Source: Rhizobium sp. (lineage in GTDB: Bacteria > Pseudomonadota > Alphaproteobacteria > Rhizobiales > Rhizobiaceae). Taken from it: DNA of 64,000 nt. How positions within the stretch are numbered: position 1 is the stretch's first letter; each line of letters begins with the position of its first letter. Made by a program: the position numbers and the translations under genes. Location of the stretch: the NCBI GenBank assembly GCA_028290545.1, contig JAQGJP010000041.1, positions 28,899 through 92,898 of the forward strand, written 5' to 3'. This document shows positions 59,644 through 64,000 of this stretch, piece after piece. The notes beneath the pieces are model-generated. The model had not been told where the DNA came from. It did no database searches and was given only the letters and a program-made list of their open reading frames with translations.

Positions 59644-59670
59644 AAAAAAAGGCCCGGTTTTCACCGAGCC
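59644..59670 (-). terminator. Rho-independent terminator after the DUF1993 gene
   Basis: Minus strand GGCTCGGT-GAAA-ACCGGGCC followed by T7. Confidence 0.75.
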
Positions 59671-59692
59671 TCCCGTCTGTGCAAATTCAATT

Positions 59693-60199
59693 TCAGCTGC
59701 GGCCCATATACATGGGTTTGCCGAGCGGCAGGCCGTTGTGACGCAGGATGGCGTAGGCGGTCGTGACGTGGAAATAGAAATTCGGCAGGGCAAAGCCGAT
59801 CAGGTAGCCTTCGCCGGTGAAATTCATCTCGCCGCGCGGGAATTTGAGCTGGACGTCGGCGTTCTCGCGGCCTTCCAGCTGTTCTGCGGAAACATCGCTG
59901 ATCAGTTCGAGCGTCTTGTCGATACGGGCATGCAGCTCGGCAAATGTGGTTTCGGTATCTGCCAGGGATGGGGAAGGCAGGCCGGCGGTGCGGTAGAACG
60001 CGCCCTTGGCATGGTCGGAGGAAAGCTGGACCTGGCTGGTCAGGCTACGCATGTCGGGCGTCAGCCGGGCATTAAGAAGTACCGATGGTTCGATCTTGCG
60101 CTCTGCACAAAAGGCCTCGGCCTGATCGAGCGCGAGCTTGAGACCCGCAAAACGCGGGAGGATCGACATGGTGGCTACGGCGTGAAGGGAAACGGACAT
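59693..60199 (-). CDS. DUF1993-family protein
   Basis: ARLTPDM and LPNFYFHVTTAYAILRHNG motifs. Confidence 0.9.
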   Translation of the reverse strand: MSVSLHAVATMSILPRFAGLKLALDQAEAFCAERKIEPSVLLNARLTPDMRSLTSQVQLSSDHAKGAFYRTAGLPSPSLADTETTFAELHARIDKTLELISDVSAEQLEGRENADVQLKFPRGEMNFTGEGYLIGFALPNFYFHVTTAYAILRHNGLPLGKPMYMGRS

Positions 60200-60285
60200 T
60201 TTATGTCTTCCGGATGAGAGGGAAAGAGGCAGCGCTTATGTGCGCTGCCGCCCTCTGATTTACCAGCGCCAGCCGAAAATAATTG

Positions 60286-61368
60286 TCAGCCTTGAAGCGA
60301 AGCCATCAGGAATGTCAGTCCGAACAAGGTGATGAAGACTGCGCCGAGGATTTCGATCGCGTTGCCGATGCGGAGCGCGCTTGCGCCTTCGCCGGCGAAT
60401 TTCAGTGCCGCATCCTTGGCGGTGACGGCGATCGTCGCGAGGATCGAAACGGTGATCGCGGTGCCGATCGACATGGCCATGACCGAAAGCACGCCGCCGA
60501 TATAAAGCCCGTTCAGGAAAGCGAAGGTCAGCACGAAGATCGCGCCGGAGCAGGGGCGGAGGCCTACGGCCATGATCGCCGTCCAGGCGTCAGCCAGCGA
60601 GAACCTGTCGCCGGACACCATTGCGGGCGAGGGGACGTGCGCATGGCCGCAGACCGTGCAGACTTCGCCAGCGGCATGGGCATGCGTATGGACAAGGCCC
60701 GCGCCATGGCGATGGCCGTGATCGAGGCCTTCGCGAAAGCTGATGCCATCCGCGACCGCCAATTCAGGTCCCGCAGTTGCAAAGTTCATGGACGGGCGCC
60801 AGAGCATGCTTTTGAGCTTGCGGAACAGCAGATAAAGACCAAAGACCACGATCAGTGCGAAGGATGCCACTTCCAGCCATCTGGAGGCGTCGGTCATGGT
60901 GATGGTCGAACCGCGCAAGATCAGGAATCCGGCAGCCGTGACCAGGATTGCCACCAGCCCCTGCACTAAGGCCGAGAGGAAGGAGATGGCGACGCCGCGC
61001 TTCAGTTCGGTCTCGTTGGCGATCATGTAGGAGGAGATTACCGCCTTGCCATGGCCGGGGCCGGCGGCATGGAAGACGCCATAGACGAAGGAAACGCCGA
61101 CCAGCCACCAGAGCTGCCAGCTATCGGTGCGCATGCCCTTGAGCGCCATCGTCAAAGCCCGGTAGAATTCCTGTTGCTTGGCATTGATGAAAAAGATCAC
61201 CGGTTCGAGCCAGGGCATGTAGTGCATGACGAAGGCCGAGGGTGGACCGGCGCCGGGTTCGGGATTGCCCAGGCCGAGGGAGGAGTTGGCATGGGCGAGG
61301 GAAGCGGTGGCGAGAAGGATGCCGGCCGAAAGCAGCAATTTTCGCAATATCAATGTATCCTGCCTCAT
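60286..61368 (-). CDS. Nickel/cobalt transporter (NicO/RcnA-like)
   Basis: HAAGPGHGK, His-rich loop with CxxCGHAH, GLRPCSGA; ATGA overlap with the upstream gene. Confidence 0.88.
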   Translation of the reverse strand: MRQDTLILRKLLLSAGILLATASLAHANSSLGLGNPEPGAGPPSAFVMHYMPWLEPVIFFINAKQQEFYRALTMALKGMRTDSWQLWWLVGVSFVYGVFHAAGPGHGKAVISSYMIANETELKRGVAISFLSALVQGLVAILVTAAGFLILRGSTITMTDASRWLEVASFALIVVFGLYLLFRKLKSMLWRPSMNFATAGPELAVADGISFREGLDHGHRHGAGLVHTHAHAAGEVCTVCGHAHVPSPAMVSGDRFSLADAWTAIMAVGLRPCSGAIFVLTFAFLNGLYIGGVLSVMAMSIGTAITVSILATIAVTAKDAALKFAGEGASALRIGNAIEILGAVFITLFGLTFLMASLQG

Positions 61369-62006
61369 TTGCACGTAACTTCCATGCGGGTGGCAAATAG
61401 TTTCGACATGTCCGTTCCTGTCGGGTCGTTGAAAAAGGCATCCGTCAGGGTCGATTTATTCTCGGCGATCACTTCATCGGGATCGGGGCGGACGATCGCG
61501 CCTTTGCAGCCATCGAATTTGCCCATCAGCACGACGTCCTTCTCGGTCGGGAAATCTATCGACGTATAGAGTGTCGGATCATAGACCCCGAAGGTAAGCT
61601 TGCCCTTGAGCGACATGGGCTTTGCCGGCTTGAGGGCGAAGAACATCAGCAACTGGCCGTCCTTGTAATCGACATTGATCACATCAGGCTTGGTGACCTT
61701 GATCAGTTTGCCGTTGTCGGTGATCGTGGTGTAATAGTCGAATTCCTCGAGCGAGGCCAAAACCGTTTTGCCGACCTCGGCAAGCTCGTCCGGATCGAGC
61801 TGGAGATTGGTGTTCTTGTCGAAATCCATCAGCACGCTCGAGGAAAACACTTCGTCGAAACGCCAGACATTGTGCAGTTCCTGGATCGTGCCATCGTCAT
61901 TGGCAACGATTTCCAGCCGCGCATCGGCAAACACATGCGGATGGGCGTAGGCGGCCACCGGCGCGAATGTCATCAATGCCATGAATGGCAGCAGCGTCTT
62001 CTTCAT
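61365..62006 (-). CDS. DUF1007-family periplasmic (putative metal-binding) protein
   Basis: Signal peptide then HPHVF; WRFDEVFS and YDPTLY motifs. Confidence 0.88.
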   Translation of the reverse strand: MKKTLLPFMALMTFAPVAAYAHPHVFADARLEIVANDDGTIQELHNVWRFDEVFSSSVLMDFDKNTNLQLDPDELAEVGKTVLASLEEFDYYTTITDNGKLIKVTKPDVINVDYKDGQLLMFFALKPAKPMSLKGKLTFGVYDPTLYTSIDFPTEKDVVLMGKFDGCKGAIVRPDPDEVIAENKSTLTDAFFNDPTGTDMSKLFATRMEVTCK

Positions 62007-62102
62007 GCTGAATAAAATCCCTGAAACCCATCGCGGAAACATGCTGAAGAATGCGTCGAAATTCCGGCTGTCGGCAGTTCCTGCGGCATTTTGGCAGCAG
62101 CT

Positions 62103-62996
62103 TCAAACATTCTTCTTGAACCAGCCATGCAGGTAATCGACGAAGCGGCGGACTTTGGCCGGTAAATAGCGGCGATGCGGATAGATGGCATAGATGCCGC
62201 CGCCGTCGGGCATGAATTCTTCGAGAATGGTGACGAGTTCGCCAAATTCGGTTTTCGGCTTTGCAACAAAATCCGGGATCATCGCCACGCCGAGGCCGGC
62301 GATCGCTGCCCGGGTCGAGGCGATAGGCGAATTGACCTCGATCGGGCCGGACACCGAAACACTCTGGTAACCGCCGCCCGGCGCCTCGAAGCGCCAGTTG
62401 TTGTAGTAGCGGCTGTTGGTATCGACAATGCAGGGGATCAGCGCCAGGTCCTGCGGGCTCTTGATCGGTCCGTATTTTTCCAGGAGTGCAGGCGAGACGA
62501 AGCAATGCATGCCGAAATCGCATAGTTTTCGCGCGATCATGCCGGAATCCTCGAGCCTGGTGATGCGGATCGCCACGTCGAAACCTTCCTCGATCAGGTC
62601 GACGAAACGGTCCTCGGCAATGATTTCCAGCGTTATATCCGGATGTTCGGCCGAGAAATCGATCATCGAGCGGCCGATCTCGGCATCGATGAAGCTACGG
62701 GGGACGCTGATCTTGATACGGCCCTTGAGATCCTGGGCGCCCTCGCGCACCTGGTCGGCGAGGTTGTCGATCTCCTTGAGGATCTCGGAGGCGGTGCGGT
62801 AATAGGTGTGGCCGGCCTCGGTCAGCGAGAACTGGCGGGTGGTGCGGTTGAGCAGCAACGCGCCCAACTCATCTTCGAGTTCCTTGACATATTTCGACAG
62901 CAGCGCCTTGGACCGGCCCAGCTTGCGCGCGGCTGCGGAATAACCCTCCGCATCCACAACATCGATGAAGGCGCGCATCCTTGTCAGCGTGTCCAT
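62103..62996 (-). CDS. LysR-family regulator (CrgA-like)
   Basis: LLNRTTRQFSLTEAG, DLIEEGFDVAIR and PAKVRRFVD motifs. Confidence 0.93.
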   Translation of the reverse strand: MDTLTRMRAFIDVVDAEGYSAAARKLGRSKALLSKYVKELEDELGALLLNRTTRQFSLTEAGHTYYRTASEILKEIDNLADQVREGAQDLKGRIKISVPRSFIDAEIGRSMIDFSAEHPDITLEIIAEDRFVDLIEEGFDVAIRITRLEDSGMIARKLCDFGMHCFVSPALLEKYGPIKSPQDLALIPCIVDTNSRYYNNWRFEAPGGGYQSVSVSGPIEVNSPIASTRAAIAGLGVAMIPDFVAKPKTEFGELVTILEEFMPDGGGIYAIYPHRRYLPAKVRRFVDYLHGWFKKNV

Positions 62997-63082
62997 GAAA
63001 CCCCAATCACAAATTCATTAAAAACTTCGAAGTGCCAGTGTTTTACCATGCAAAAAAAAATCCGACAGTGGGCAAAAAAAAT

Positions 63083-63111
63083 CTTGATTGTGACGGCGAA
63101 TATCCCTATTT
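63083..63111 (+). promoter_or_regulatory. Sigma70 promoter for the speF leader / ornithine decarboxylase
   Basis: CTTGAT-N17-CTATTT, close to the rhizobial CTTGAC-N17-CTATAT consensus; two A-tracts upstream. Confidence 0.6.
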
Positions 63112-63139
63112 CAGCATCAGCCCAAAGTCGCACGTGCCC

Positions 63140-63290
63140 ATGGGTGTCCGCCGGTCCTCTAAGTGGTGAGGAAATCGGTATGGTACCTGGAACTAACCGC
63201 TCCAGTCGCAAACCCGGCCTTCCGGATAATGCGAGGACATCTGAAGCAACGACGGTGCGGGCCTTTCTGGTGTCTGCCGGCTTTCCATCA
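63140..63290 (+). ncRNA. speF leader RNA motif (orphan riboswitch candidate); boundaries approximate
   Basis: Long structured 5' UTR upstream of a rhizobial ornithine decarboxylase, the known location of this motif; TGTCC...GGACA and CTGGA...TCCAG pairings are visible. Confidence 0.7.
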
Positions 63291-63396
63291 GCCGGGGTTA
63301 CTGAAGAGGCACACCTTCATTGCCGGAAGTGCGGTTGGGACATCCCTCCAATCTAAGGCAGACAAACTGAACAAACGCTGGAAACGGCGATTGTTC

Positions 63397-63417
63397 AAAA
63401 CCGCTTGACGGTTTTTT
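63397..63417 (+). terminator. Terminator-like hairpin inside the decarboxylase leader
   Basis: AAAACCG-CTTGA-CGGTTTTTT; weak GC stem. Confidence 0.4.
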
Positions 63418-63584
63418 CGTAATGGCGCCGGGGTCTCCATCGGCTGGCGCCTGATCGCAAACCCGTCTTTCGATTTGTCCCTCCGGAGTTGCCGGAGCAA
63501 TGCCATCTGTCCATGCGGTCGAATCGGTTGAGTCCGGTTTCCGCAAAGGGCGATTTTAACTTTGGATTTGGAAGGACGACTGTC

Positions 63585-64000
63585 ATGACAACTGCGCGCA
63601 TCCGCGATTTTCTCGCCACCCGACGCCCCGAAGGCCCATGCCTGATCGTCGATCTCGATGTCGTCAAGGACAATTTCAAGGCGTTCCGTCATGCCCTGCC
63701 GGATAGCTCGATCTATTACGCCGTCAAGGCGAACCCGGCTCCGGAAGTGCTGAAGCTGCTTGCAGGCCTCGGTTCCAACTTCGATTGCGCCTCGGTGGCT
63801 GAAATCGAAATGTCGCTCGACGCCGGCGCGACCGCATCGCGCATCTCTTTCGGCAACACCATCAAGAAGGAACGCGACGTTGCCCGCGCGCACGCGCTCG
63901 GCGTCAACCTGTTTGCCGTCGACAGCCATGAGGAAGTCGAAAAAGTCGCCCGTGCCGCCCCCGGCGCCCGTGTGTTCTGCCGCGTGCTGACCGACGGCGA
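63585..64000 (+). CDS. odc: Ornithine/lysine decarboxylase (fold type III); 3'-truncated by window edge, absent from the ORF track
   Basis: Own translation: MTTARIRDFL...YYAVKANP...FDCAS...SFGNTIK; AAGGA RBS. Confidence 0.92.
   Translation, partial: MTTARIRDFLATRRPEGPCLIVDLDVVKDNFKAFRHALPDSSIYYAVKANPAPEVLKLLAGLGSNFDCASVAEIEMSLDAGATASRISFGNTIKKERDVARAHALGVNLFAVDSHEEVEKVARAAPGARVFCRVLTDG

Noticed and set aside
63163-63408. 81-aa ORF as a leader peptide for odc
   Set aside because: GTG start without a clear RBS, overlapping the structured RNA; no support from the sequence alone
1-64000. CRISPR arrays, IS/transposases, integrases, tRNA/rRNA, defence systems
   Set aside because: No regularly spaced repeats, terminal inverted repeats or matching protein motifs seen by eye; small RNAs could have been missed

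Overview
GC-rich Rhizobiaceae-type (Rhizobium/Agrobacterium-like) chromosomal window with about 60 CDS. I saw no rRNA, tRNA, CRISPR array, prophage or IS element. Bases 1-30.4 kb are three accessory catabolic modules: (i) an FAD amine oxidase / amino-acid ABC permease / FrlB-like deglycase / GntR module; (ii) a ~15.6 kb nickel-pincer (larA, larB, larC, larE) cluster with a sugar-type ABC importer, GMC oxidoreductase, glyoxalase I, FAD D-2-hydroxyacid dehydrogenase, beta-hydroxyacid dehydrogenase and two FadR regulators, linked by a repeated operator visible in the sequence; (iii) an operon coupling a hydantoinase, a D-N-carbamoylase, a D-amino-acid-decarboxylase-like PLP enzyme and an FrhB-family Fe-S flavoprotein to a polyamine-type ABC importer. 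Modules ii and iii are the best candidates for undescribed pathways; their substrates are inferred, not shown. Bases 30.8-64 kb look like rhizobial core: kdsD-like, nfeD/SPFH, hemH, 5'-nucleotidase-LysM, omp10, hss, trhO, tyrB, an abg/sugar ABC cluster, xylAB, a Ni/Co transporter pair, and ornithine decarboxylase preceded by a probable speF orphan riboswitch-candidate leader. All calls come from motif recognition and recollection of family features; no searches were run.
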